From positions 930,001 through 994,000 of the forward strand of contig OZ025792.1 in assembly GCA_964019425.1 (NCBI GenBank): a stretch of DNA of 64,000 nucleotides, read 5' to 3'. Shown one piece after another: positions 42,201-50,273 of this stretch. Source of the stretch: Flectonema sp. DT1601. Taxonomy: Eukaryota. How positions within the stretch are numbered: the stretch's first letter is position 1; each line of letters opens with the position of its first letter. The notes under the pieces are model-generated. The model saw only the letters and a list, made by a program, of their open reading frames with translations, was not told the DNA's origin and ran no database searches. Position numbers and translations under genes: made by a program.

Positions 42201-45122
42201 GACGACATCAATTTTGGAACTTCTTTTTGGATTATACAAAATCAACTGACCACTGTTATAGTCTAATTCACAATACCTCTTTACTGGAAGGCTGTCCATC
42301 GTCATTTCAGACTCTGACATGGGTCCCAAAACATTGGCTAGTGTACTACATGAGTCACCAGACTCATCTTGATCCTCAGCTCTGTGAATGTTTTCAGATC
42401 CTCTGCCGGTTAAGTTTGAAGCGAATTCTAAAATGTTATCCACCGCCAATACGGTTGTTAACATATTCCTACGAGTGAGTGTTATTATTAAATTAGGTAA
42501 GTCACCAGACAGTAACACTCTTGGAATTGATTGAATGTTTGGTATCAATGAAGTTGCGACTTCAAAATCGATGGCGCAATCTGTGATGACAGGACAGCCG
42601 AACTCTTCTTCAGGTTGAAGTTCGTGAGCTTTCCATTCTCTTACTGTGGTACTGATAACTCTACCATCAAGAGAGGATATTAAATACCTGTTGTAGAAAT
42701 CATGTTCATCTATTTCATCTGTTGGGAATGCAGCTGATGATGATGTTGGCGATCCCGGAACTCGCATCATTTCCGGTCTCGGTTTTGATGCGAAATTCAG
42801 ACTTTCCGCAGCAACAACGAGAGTAGCTGAATCAATATCACTACAGTCAGTTGGAACTACTAAACAAGGTTGTTCCATTACTAGTGAAACAGTCATTGTT
42901 GGATTACTTTCTAATGCCATCTTTAAAGCAACAATAGGATCCATACTAACAGATGCTTTCTTCGTTGTCGGTCTTGCTTGTCCTTCCAACTCATCACATC
43001 GACCATACACTCCAACACCCCAAAACGCGCAAACAGTCTGTAGCCAAGTAACGTCTACTACAGCAGTTAAAGGTCGCAGGTGTATTTCTGCATTTAGAGC
43101 ATTTGTTGATGCATTGCTTGCGATGTTCGCAAGTAGCAGTTGACTACTTGAAACACCAGTTCTTTGAATTAGAGACGTGAATTGAGAGTCTGCCACTTCA
43201 GCAGATGACAAGTCAACATCTTTTAGCGCAGCCATTATCTTCCAGTTCTTATGCATATCTAACCAACGTGTTGTTAGTTCAGTTAATTGAATAGCGGCAA
43301 ATGTATTTGATGGAGCAACAGCAGTTGTCACAGTTAGACCAAATGTATTCTTATACCTATTAATTATGTCTATTATTTCGTAAGGCATATTCGAAGGTTG
43401 CTGTGAAAGCATTTCACTGGCGCTGATGTTTTCAATACAGTCGTCGAGGGTTTTGCCGTCAGTGGTTCGGTAGTCGGATAATCTTATATTAAAACACTTC
43501 AGTAGGTCTGAAGCTGATGATGGAGGAACAGAATTCTCACACATCTCAATCAAGCCTTTCCAGATCGTAAGTTGGATTTTTGTTTGAATATAAGTTGCGG
43601 GTACGTCTTGTTGTTCTTCAATTGCTTCAGACTGATCTGTGATGCCTAGCTCTTCATAAAGCATTGTCTTTTGATCGGGTGTCCATTTGTCGGTATCAAG
43701 AAGTTTCCAAACTTCATTCGTGTCCGCGTCTTTTTCTTCTTCTTCTGTTGGTTGCTGCCACGTTAACCATTGCCACCATCCTGATTTATTTCCTGACGCT
43801 ACTACAGCTTCACTGTCTTCTTTGCTTTCATGCTGCTGTCTTTCAATTTTTAGTTGAAAATAAGCCAACCTCCTAAAGTATATAATGTCTTTGAAATCTA
43901 ACTTTGCTTCAAGATCGGCAAACTTTTGGGCATCTGGAGATTTCGGTTGAATACTTTTGTGCCAACTAACTCCAAGAGTTCGTTTAAACAAAGTTATGTA
44001 CTGCTGTTTAAAAGTTGATCTAGTGATAATTGACTCCCAATTTAGAGAAGTTCTTGCACGCTTTTCCCTCCTGACAAGTTGAATACATTTGTAAGCGAAT
44101 GTCCACCATTTTGCTGGGGCGGCTTTCACAGGTGCTGATGGTCGGAATTGCCTAAACTTTTCCAAAGTAGAAAAGTCACTCACATATCGAATTGTTCTGT
44201 TGATTGCATCGTACTGCCAACGGCGAAGTCTCAAGTTGACACATTTGAATGTGGCGTCAACCATTGTTTTAGGAAGTGTGAGATCTAATATTTTAGAAGC
44301 CTGCGCAGTTACCTTCAACTCCAAGTTGAGAGGTTCAGGTGTACAGACTTGACCAGAAACCATCGCATAGTCATTCATAATAGAGATCCACTTATCGTGA
44401 TTTACTATTTTTGATAAACCTGTTAGTCTTGGTGCTACAGGTAAATGATCAATGGCCATCACCAGACCACGAAGTGCACACAGACGGTGATGTTTCATTT
44501 GAGTGTCGAGTGGTACATCAGAAGAATTCCAGTCTCTATCACATGGTACAGCAGAAAGTTCATCAAGTCGGAGGGTGTATCCAACTGGTCTGCGGGGATC
44601 AGTGCAGGAATCTTCGTATCGCAATAAAACTTTTTTTATTGAAATCTGAAGTGTTGATAAAATATGTTTCGTCAAACGTTCTCCAAAACCATCAGCCTTC
44701 TCATCCTGAACATTCTCACTGGTTTGCTGTTGTTGTTGTTGTTTTTCATGTGAAGTTGCTCTGCTTGATTCGAATAAGCGAATCTGAGCTTGTTTACGCA
44801 TCTGTGCTTTTTTCTCTTCGTACGTCGCATCCCAATCAGTCGCTTTGATCGGAAGCACAACTAATTTCACATCCGATACTTCAATTTTACATGTTTTTGA
44901 GTAAAATTGTTTCCATGGTATTTCAATACGCAGTTTACCAATCACACCTTTATCAATAATAACAGGGAGATCCAACTCATCAAGAGCTTCGGGTGAGAGT
45001 TCCAAGTCATTCAGAACTAGTTCTCCACTCCACATGCTGACTTGTAGTCCATGTTGATCTAAGTTCTTTACATATCTCCCCAGATAGCTGGAAAAGATGC
45101 TCGCCACCCATCGCTCCAACAT
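33261..45122 (-). CDS. VPS13: VPS13-family bridge-like lipid transfer protein, 3953 aa, single exon
   Basis: Chorein N-terminus (MLERWVASIFSSYLGRYVKNL...SMWSGELVLNDLEL...GVIGKLRIEIPWK), the KWWTFAY motif, VAB/SHR-BD-like repeats (LWIINQT, TKVIRFTPRWVVFNRT, PYIIENRT) and LQLDDQ...FPVVL. Confidence 0.95.
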   Translation of the reverse strand: MLERWVASIFSSYLGRYVKNLDQHGLQVSMWSGELVLNDLELSPEALDELDLPVIIDKGVIGKLRIEIPWKQFYSKTCKIEVSDVKLVVLPIKATDWDATYEEKKAQMRKQAQIRLFESSRATSHEKQQQQQQTSENVQDEKADGFGERLTKHILSTLQISIKKVLLRYEDSCTDPRRPVGYTLRLDELSAVPCDRDWNSSDVPLDTQMKHHRLCALRGLVMAIDHLPVAPRLTGLSKIVNHDKWISIMNDYAMVSGQVCTPEPLNLELKVTAQASKILDLTLPKTMVDATFKCVNLRLRRWQYDAINRTIRYVSDFSTLEKFRQFRPSAPVKAAPAKWWTFAYKCIQLVRREKRARTSLNWESIITRSTFKQQYITLFKRTLGVSWHKSIQPKSPDAQKFADLEAKLDFKDIIYFRRLAYFQLKIERQQHESKEDSEAVVASGNKSGWWQWLTWQQPTEEEEKDADTNEVWKLLDTDKWTPDQKTMLYEELGITDQSEAIEEQQDVPATYIQTKIQLTIWKGLIEMCENSVPPSSASDLLKCFNIRLSDYRTTDGKTLDDCIENISASEMLSQQPSNMPYEIIDIINRYKNTFGLTVTTAVAPSNTFAAIQLTELTTRWLDMHKNWKIMAALKDVDLSSAEVADSQFTSLIQRTGVSSSQLLLANIASNASTNALNAEIHLRPLTAVVDVTWLQTVCAFWGVGVYGRCDELEGQARPTTKKASVSMDPIVALKMALESNPTMTVSLVMEQPCLVVPTDCSDIDSATLVVAAESLNFASKPRPEMMRVPGSPTSSSAAFPTDEIDEHDFYNRYLISSLDGRVISTTVREWKAHELQPEEEFGCPVITDCAIDFEVATSLIPNIQSIPRVLLSGDLPNLIITLTRRNMLTTVLAVDNILEFASNLTGRGSENIHRAEDQDESGDSCSTLANVLGPMSESEMTMDSLPVKRYCELDYNSGQLILYNPKRSSKIDVVIDLSSGDFDIHEPPNALCILLGNNRSLWVQLPTGSMHTRWLTGLQRLQGSLGVSAKIPSFLLDNEETEQTAEPDNQLWMKPEIRFGDFKIVVDNTSEWVFSGCALTGEITSHDSKIELTSASLSVATADSNQPFLFTSDNGIDSTTDCSDTGSNHTESLTSNDIIIPGFSFWWLSMMRSSSYVDSTDPNQALMQMGIYTKGLTLSITPAMAESFELLWDIMNISMLMKAQTLYYKAELNKAKEDEEHVYPAELPKPYLEKQGIRFVVEIEGELELNCYRPNGELPVKIGGEDFQMSFHDTAYGISLDGLVKKPTIEDCITTSKWSRFMSSPDDKAKISFSYSNFQNYGALKSDPRRSRPTHFGGVSFTHQLLMSISDVEIIYFQTFVWSLLETFKTGTFTRLSFLSWRSVYDGEKVISPWDSYDPAQPPTEPYLDYLKIQMECHNCDIVMPPNRSADSGIFKGRLTSMGISNDFHKTDSAVLLCTKISMNGITLDVPEEFLGEVPKGSLFTCPVSVVLDTWGAVIDPEQQHPKSKLCLSIPREATFMFSDNVYCSLLTWMTQSLMEPYTPHFPVTPQGPLPFEQLVKEWRYNHFSWVLDFANLNIIWLNNKSIPEYTMETSMSVSLRWFENLDFENDIDITKFKITAGVSKGLNFVDFKTGKEKKSNTVIDLLGIMKMAIVWRTAPPPSKLPRKQSLYYNISGDGIFIRLDQAVILNVVDGLLSARAARSGGLKLIGWVEPEDGWPTPGDPWPEPPPQEHVMHHIMNISSIKVEIPDVCSLAILGTDLKYCTEPNMAAKDDKTAAATRTQIELNTSRITMDDVSGTNVIDTKQGENHSEKALAISAEQREDGTGWKSVAGRVGEISVVATVPCFAAIHNWVVGVEFKMLSHTWEATPEIRRSKVRELSKPCASQEVCDSKDQNTNNKLNLPEFDLSWTKPKLVILCTSKTNQGRYESGKPKVHFERERGFIIDFGEMRLVTSIDNDTEIVTATLIEAAIKSMYRDEYALRPTKITAVLRRHNISTGTDSIKEKKSITVEGDGIESFFDFSDMRAIAAVVYNYSNTLSIVRSSKPAVESSEPPTQPQVRLQNITQTMQTNSKNNPIPQDDEAINVLSISLSLPVISISLKSGLKPGELPTPDGLPLPVLEEPVLNSTVSISGIGIGYNQYSNGAAKLECSISRLGIDTPAQGPILEFENPKMTYHQISASQEEATGDQLINVDLGDVTIVIMPRVLFDMTTFVYLPYAAATMPDTFAAPDVMEIDEDWELECDTVFCRSKQIRVTNNHQNMVVLNGNLHELHLIGDRPLIKLDAGVTLLILGTKLYLYNKQLSDFVDADDGAYVYVPEDRNEIEPGFPAITNWTQQRKVKVNSGFPSRTSVSAKLSLCVVLPEAQFNEGSNTPKRNGTSHSVRLLTSGGGQYSYTVVDDTVTKEDAEFSMKGFTVKPHTKSDQPDEVSTDNEQDRAHYIVEPIEEISATLHNYEYLLTLSDIYVRISSADVGLILRCVGSLQTELNYINQQARLKINADDEDIIHEAIVAAQNQLSTTSGNQQLKKKKTAIGVKTIDVLIVEDSSGFDIPLFFIQLLDTAATAEDVQDYQMVTVEKLMLKMDFYNLEQCEWESVLDNAITLDLKYYVSGTYKRDLAVNISKISAFVTPQLMKTIDDAKRFGEAFSTIKVPAAKAHKSTQFRMYELRNETGYSINIELHGDRKPLPNLGVIDFNFSKSYGKKGVSHTMMASIPEVSMEEIEIDIGKVGTTSLVIQANGTSRKIRLYCTVRLTETGRKKVALRSSVTVHNQTNVRLQVTASRQDEMIAEPEGSVSIPHSSLLESYFKITPIDLAKDVRYSSAQLGLTYGSFHKLHKALYVVTSSPLVQKTEDYQPDQELHDFTCNIEITTDPVVRNTTITVLPIFTLLNLTGLKMSYTLLSWDGKKKREEKGRFKLFSKSKKCEYDVVAKGKLETDEEAKFTSAVAFHSMYLDIEITQPTGEVLKRNITKYPDPFLIRCPSKGHQGRVTSLALSDNKGRACHMSLDYSIRSVAVFCPLWIINQTSINIEIAVHNPMKISEAYSSSALTAGQVLGEGISPGKLPFLMAPPDLPGKEQIGHLYCKILGSPGNHGNPQWSSKIDTSKVGTTGTFECHERIGILPKTAAFSIEFPWGKVSTRTKVIRFTPRWVVFNRTPKTVFVRHRLGRDVPPGQPIPKSEFLVAPNDMYGEYEGGSTKNRMGVKIEGEEQAQFSKPFLIDQMGDTDINLKYKISKNTASKLQEQRRARKVSMAPSTKTVDIFGEESQSDLERSSGSTDEFDVVRVAIFKRGSTTYVTLDSLSKPPYIIENRTPIPITVKQHLSEKNIPILTFPAKRTKAFTWESQIGPKVAYIFVGSDSEAMVVNVDPKNKKSREETMQESKTPMGMVYLRVRHRAGTTKISITMDRQIDNWFNDSPFAITYTLNVSGVGVILQNDGVELSHLSFTSIHLQRKREQRKVTYIAKVGTLQLDDQREKTDFPVVLCNKIPRDRAPVLHLRVERTVERSSAAIHIENGYLRFQPLDIKLHDRFLFELLQFSRTTQEKVSMTTRTRGSTYYAFAIDTSLQSATADQDGIGIRPLYLENFKIDTINVNATLTRTAQHYSEDFFKQVLGYLSVFVGSFKDMALEWQSVPIAGLCDKGWLVASMLKDRYISETTTQLLRVAPGVASVTTFVTDLLSTLPIKTVSDNAIQFSTPRTRIRPIQITPAAVDITSPASIPLAPSPVIGRTPSNIFSTSGSSMGDEISSPPILPMSSADLAVSCIKINEASNHFGHGVEEELLFHEVAQAPAMTKRRAQYVEALKKKNWDKFHPSRGFTTWEEYAQTCTWEEFRKHTTDQEFKQYVHLAFDEYIRAYLADENNAKRTTAELCRCEKIEKVKGYCPGGLPSPSSAEGIENNISWYEFAHHTTWDEFRSKITTKEFKENVNFARDCHLGVTQGFQKLDKKQIETVFNS

Positions 45123-45458
45123 CTACCCCGTCTGTTTAAAGAAAGATTTGTGATTACGAGGACTGACGATTCGGTTAATCGGTTAAAACAGAGAGTGTAA
45201 ATAAAGTGGGGAAAAAAGAAAAAAAAAAGAGTTCCGGGGGGAGGAATACGATACCCGCCAATAACCTTATACGTACAGGACTCTAACAGAAGAAGAAAAA
45301 AGAAAAAAACATTTAAAGTGATTAAATCCAAATTATACGATTTTGAAGCAGGAAATTAAACATTAACCCACACTTGATTAATAGTAGTCATACTCACACG
45401 GTTAGTTGACTACAATGGTGTCCCCCTTACGTTAAAGATTGTTCACAGTGTCTGACTA

Positions 45459-46292
45459 TTAAGGATATTGTAAATCTGAAGATCGATAACTTCGGTGTAG
45501 CTGTAGTGCCGCTAATCGTTGTTTAACAGAACGCTCATTGATTCTCTCATCACTATTCCCTTTTGGTGATTCTAAGAATGGAACAGGTGTTAGATTGCAA
45601 GATGACTGCGACAGCACAGACACAGTTGACGGGGTGTTTCTTCTTTTTTTATGTGTCCTCGGATCTGGTTCTGGTGGTTTAGTAATCACCGCCAAAGGCA
45701 ACACGGATGCTCGTTTTTTGGGAGCAAACCCGGGGAATACTGTCATTCCTTGTGACTGATGATCGCTTAATATCTTCTTACGTGCATATTTTGGTCTTAC
45801 ATAAGAAGTGTAGCAATCCATCTCTCGTCTAGTGAATGGTTGTGAGTGAATTGGAAAGATAACATTATGGTTATAAATATCTTTATGTTGTTGAGGGTAT
45901 CGACGAGTAGTACTGCTGCGAGGTCTGACAACTTTCTCATCAAACAGATACCTCGTACTCACTTGTTGAGCGCTAGTAGGTCTAACTGGTAGGATTACTG
46001 CTGGTTCTGCTTCCCGTTCCCGTTCTCGTTTTAGTTTTTCTTCTTCTTCCATTTCCGCCATTCTTATTAATCTTTTTTGCATCATTGCATCTTTCTGAAG
46101 CAGCTTCGCAGCCATTCTCAACTTCTTATCAGACTCAGTTGTTATTTCCATGTTACTTAAACTACACCCTCCTCCTATAGAGCTCAGACCCCATGGTGGA
46201 GCTCCACCTCTTGTATGTATGAATCTGGGATCGTGTTTAACGTCGTACATCATTGTTTCCTTCTTTTGGAAAATAGAATAAAAACGGAACAT
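45459..46292 (-). CDS. Hypothetical basic, partly disordered protein
   Basis: 277-aa ORF in the co-oriented gene array, possibly starting at MMYDVK (46253). It has a short coiled coil and an RPTSA motif. No family recognised. Confidence 0.6.
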   Translation of the reverse strand: MFRFYSIFQKKETMMYDVKHDPRFIHTRGGAPPWGLSSIGGGCSLSNMEITTESDKKLRMAAKLLQKDAMMQKRLIRMAEMEEEEKLKREREREAEPAVILPVRPTSAQQVSTRYLFDEKVVRPRSSTTRRYPQQHKDIYNHNVIFPIHSQPFTRREMDCYTSYVRPKYARKKILSDHQSQGMTVFPGFAPKKRASVLPLAVITKPPEPDPRTHKKRRNTPSTVSVLSQSSCNLTPVPFLESPKGNSDERINERSVKQRLAALQLHRSYRSSDLQYP

Positions 46293-46403
46293 AAAATATT
46301 TTTTAAATTATGGCTTTCATTGAAAGCAGTTGAAGGCTTTGAGAGGATTCTCAGAATTATAATTTAAATAGAAACAGTTGGTTAGAATAAGAAGCGATCC
46401 ATC

Positions 46404-49400
46404 CTACTTTGAGAATGTCTTTTCCAATCCCTCATTATAAAATAGTTTCATAACGTGAAGCCTGTCGACAGAATCCGCTACCGAAAATGGAACACCATTG
46501 TGGTCAACAATAGGAGTCGTTGCGAAAAACGTTGCTAACTCCGTAGAATATTGCGCCAAGTGACCAGCAATGGCTTCTTTCATATGGTGAAGCGCACAAG
46601 CAATAATTAGTGGTAAGTATTCACTTCCAAAGAGAACAACTATTGTGACTGTAGATACCAGGTGTGGCCAATCTAAGAAATTAAGAAACAACTGTCTAGT
46701 CCAGAGATTAACAATAAACAATAAAGGGACATTACCAACACTCATCATAGTTAGTATTTGTGGGAAGTCAGGGTAATTAGAACAAGGAGTTGAGAGAACA
46801 TATTCAACAGCAGCTGATAGTTTCAAAATGTTTGTTGTAATTCCTCCAAAATATCGAAGCTGCGGCAGCTTCGATGCAAAAGTAAAATTCTCACCAACGA
46901 TAAAGTAAATGACAATAGCAGTCCAGTCTATTTCTGTTAAGTGTTTCTTTAGAAGATTGCAATGATGTAGTTCATCACAAGCGTCTAAGACTCCCAAACT
47001 GATTCCATACTTGACTGCCAGCATAGCAGCTGTTCCTGACAGAGAATGGGACTCACACACTCCTTGTTGTTGAGAGTTACCTTGTAGTCCATGAACAGTA
47101 CACATATACTTTATAACTAATGAGTGAATTCTTCCATTGTGAGATTCTACTTTCAGTGAGTGATTGTATATTTCACGAATACCCTGCAACCACTCTTGAT
47201 TTGACTCTGACATATCACGACTTTTAGCAGCCTCTGCCTGTGTAATCGCATGATTTAAATTATGCCACGTCTTGCTATCTTTAGGATGTTGGTATAAAGG
47301 AGATTGACGTGTAGAGTTTTCCTCATTTGTTGAGTGGCTACTAAGCCATTGATTTGGGATAATTACATCCTTTGATTCGATAGAATGATCATCAGAACAC
47401 TCTTCAGCTTCCTCATTATTTGTTAATATGTTGCAGTTATAACTCTGAACATCCCAACCTTCCATGTCAGGTTCAGCACACCAAACGCCACTGACATATA
47501 ACAGATGCCAACCACTGCTGCTGCGCCTGTCAACTTTCCTTTCTGAAGGCCCTCCAATAGATGCCGTAGATGTGAATATTATGTGACGGAGTAGAGAAGC
47601 GGAACTAATACCGCAGTCTTGCTGTGTTAGAATAGAAATCATTTTTCGTTGAATTTCATATTTGTGAAGGAGAATTACAGAAGCGTCTAATTGCATTGCA
47701 CAACTGGCTGCGAGAGCAGAAAGTTCAGCGACTTCTACTGTGCAATCAATTGAACCGGATATCGCTGAGGTGACAATAGAGTTGAGAGAAGAAGGTTTTG
47801 TTAACCAAGTACTACTACACAACATTGCAAGTCTTAAAGCTGTCCATCTTGCAACTCCTTGATTATGAAGTGAAAGACAAGTAGAATTGATTAATGAAGG
47901 AGTGCTCTCATCTGTGTACCTTCTGCATGCAGTAGAACTATCAGGAAGCTGACTTGTATAAATTAACATATCTGGTGATAGTGTTATCAGACATAGAGTT
48001 TCACTTCTATTCTGTTGGGTCACCAGTCGAACAACTGATCTCTTATGCAAGTGAACGAGTATTGAATTATATAAATTAACTTTTGTTAAACTTTGAACTG
48101 TCGATGCACAACGAACCCCTTCAAGAACAGAATCCAATTGTGTACTAAAAGAGTGATTTGAACAATCCCAATTATAGCAATCGCTATTTAGTATCGCAGT
48201 AGATGTTTCTGATGATAGAGATGTATCAGAGAGCATTGATTGACACAATTTTAAGACTTCTTTCTGGAATAATTGTATAATCTTACTATCATTATCAGTG
48301 ATTAGTTGCTTACTAAAATGATGTGATGGAGACGTGACTGGAGTTCCACCACCTCCATCAGTGGCCGAACCCTTCAAAGTATCAGCAGACTGATTTAATA
48401 CTGGTTCCATTTCACTACTGATTGGTGATGCAGGAATAGACTTTTGTTTAACCGTTCCGATTTCGAATTTATTTTTTAAAACTGATGACTTTCCTTTTAC
48501 TGATGAAGTAGATAGTGATGCTGATGGACGTCGTTTATTGTTTGGAGTACGAAACAGCTTTGATCTTTCAATGAACATTATAACCGCATCAAGAAGTCTT
48601 TCTGTTTGATTTGGAAGAATTCCCTTCGGATGAACATGCAGCAATAACTGTCTACCTTGTCTCATTGTCGTTAAGTGTGTTAATAATTTAAGACAACCAA
48701 TTAGATGTTGATATACGGCTTCTGGTAATACAACAAGTCGATTGCCTTCATTAATTACATCATCTGTTGAGTGATTTTGGAAAGTGTATCCAGACAGATC
48801 TAGTAGTGGACTTAAGAAATTTAAAAGTAAGAATACATTCATATCAGCGAATGGTTGTTGGATCATTGCAGTGAATGTTATTGATGTTAAGTGTGATGTG
48901 ATTGATTTTGAATAACAAGAAAAATGTAATGAGCGAAGACACTGCAACACCACACCATGAAGTGCTGTAGACGCTGCGAGATGCTCATCAGTCAGTAGTA
49001 AACTGGTATCGTTTGTGCGAGTTGCAAACATAAGTAAATTAAGGAGGTCAATATCACTTCCCATTTCAATCGGAAATACAGCTCTTCCTTCAGAATATGA
49101 AAGGCTCAGGGACAATATCGTAACACAATGCGCAGTGAAATTACTATCCCCTTTCAATTCACCACATCCCACAGCCATCATTCTCACTCTAGCTGCTGGG
49201 CTTAGACCATTCAATTGAGTGCTTGCCGTGTCTAAATTATCACACAAGGCTACTCTTGAACAGGTAACCAACAATTTACTATTACTACTTTGTAACATAA
49301 AAGCTCTAGTTCCCGCGGATTTAAGCAGCGATTCGTACCAAGAAGCATACACATCGACCTCTGATAAGGTTTTTAGGTACACAGGTATAGATAATAAGCT

Positions 49401-50273
49401 GCAAGTATCAGTAAGAGACTCGTTTAAATTATCAATAAAGGCCCAGTGATGACATATAACATTCAGACAAGCTCTTACAATTGATATTATATGTCCGTAC
49501 CGCACGTCATCTGCGGGTGGAAGATCAGAATCGGAGTGGAATTTGATAGCTTTCGGTGATATTGCTCTGATAATGTCGGTTACTTGCCAGCATTCAGCAA
49601 CCTTTAATATTGATAAAACCGCATTGGTTGCTGCAGCAGAGACATTAATGTTGTCGGAAAAGACAACTTGAAGAACACTTTGTTGTATAATTGCCCAATG
49701 GCTGGTGTCTGTTACTTCTGAAGCAGACTTAGCGACAGTTGATAAAAGTGTTATCTGAGTTTCAGGAAGAATGAACTCGTCGTTGTTAAGTTGATTGCCC
49801 ATTTGTAGGATGTTGTCGTGAAGATTTTCTCCTTCCATTGTCGTATCAAACCACTCACTCATAATCTCATCATCATCATCAAAGGAAAAGACTCTAGCAG
49901 CTGAATAGTCCTGTACTATCTCTTCTGGTACTGATGGTTGTGTACTTGCGAATATAAATGGATGACCCTTTTCTTCATTCATCTTTCGACTTATCTCATC
50001 CGACGCACAGTCTAACTCAGAGCTTAGCTTCCGAAGATAATTCCTATAAATATCACTTTCAGATAAGTGTTCCAAAGCTTCTTCAAAAGTCCCTTTGAAA
50101 TTTTGCATTACTGCGGTAACAACATCTGATGTCTCTTTTATTAATTTATAGCCTTCGAAATCCTCGTCTATTTCAGCAAGTTTTGCTAACAGTCGAACTA
50201 TGTCTTCTTTCTTACCAACAAATAGAGCTCGTTCTGCTTGCTTTTCTTGAAGACTTTTTACTATGTCATCCAT
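46404..50273 (-). CDS. TBC1D32: Broad-minded (BROMI/TBC1D32)-like ciliary protein
   Basis: N-terminal LLAKLAEIDEDFEGYKLIK and C-terminal VEYVL...LWTRQLFLNFLDWPHL...VLFGSEY...IACALHHM match my recollection of the conserved BROMI termini (W..QCFWNYLDW...LGPDY...HL). The 1289-aa length fits the family. Confidence 0.78.
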   Translation of the reverse strand: MDDIVKSLQEKQAERALFVGKKEDIVRLLAKLAEIDEDFEGYKLIKETSDVVTAVMQNFKGTFEEALEHLSESDIYRNYLRKLSSELDCASDEISRKMNEEKGHPFIFASTQPSVPEEIVQDYSAARVFSFDDDDEIMSEWFDTTMEGENLHDNILQMGNQLNNDEFILPETQITLLSTVAKSASEVTDTSHWAIIQQSVLQVVFSDNINVSAAATNAVLSILKVAECWQVTDIIRAISPKAIKFHSDSDLPPADDVRYGHIISIVRACLNVICHHWAFIDNLNESLTDTCSLLSIPVYLKTLSEVDVYASWYESLLKSAGTRAFMLQSSNSKLLVTCSRVALCDNLDTASTQLNGLSPAARVRMMAVGCGELKGDSNFTAHCVTILSLSLSYSEGRAVFPIEMGSDIDLLNLLMFATRTNDTSLLLTDEHLAASTALHGVVLQCLRSLHFSCYSKSITSHLTSITFTAMIQQPFADMNVFLLLNFLSPLLDLSGYTFQNHSTDDVINEGNRLVVLPEAVYQHLIGCLKLLTHLTTMRQGRQLLLHVHPKGILPNQTERLLDAVIMFIERSKLFRTPNNKRRPSASLSTSSVKGKSSVLKNKFEIGTVKQKSIPASPISSEMEPVLNQSADTLKGSATDGGGGTPVTSPSHHFSKQLITDNDSKIIQLFQKEVLKLCQSMLSDTSLSSETSTAILNSDCYNWDCSNHSFSTQLDSVLEGVRCASTVQSLTKVNLYNSILVHLHKRSVVRLVTQQNRSETLCLITLSPDMLIYTSQLPDSSTACRRYTDESTPSLINSTCLSLHNQGVARWTALRLAMLCSSTWLTKPSSLNSIVTSAISGSIDCTVEVAELSALAASCAMQLDASVILLHKYEIQRKMISILTQQDCGISSASLLRHIIFTSTASIGGPSERKVDRRSSSGWHLLYVSGVWCAEPDMEGWDVQSYNCNILTNNEEAEECSDDHSIESKDVIIPNQWLSSHSTNEENSTRQSPLYQHPKDSKTWHNLNHAITQAEAAKSRDMSESNQEWLQGIREIYNHSLKVESHNGRIHSLVIKYMCTVHGLQGNSQQQGVCESHSLSGTAAMLAVKYGISLGVLDACDELHHCNLLKKHLTEIDWTAIVIYFIVGENFTFASKLPQLRYFGGITTNILKLSAAVEYVLSTPCSNYPDFPQILTMMSVGNVPLLFIVNLWTRQLFLNFLDWPHLVSTVTIVVLFGSEYLPLIIACALHHMKEAIAGHLAQYSTELATFFATTPIVDHNGVPFSVADSVDRLHVMKLFYNEGLEKTFSK

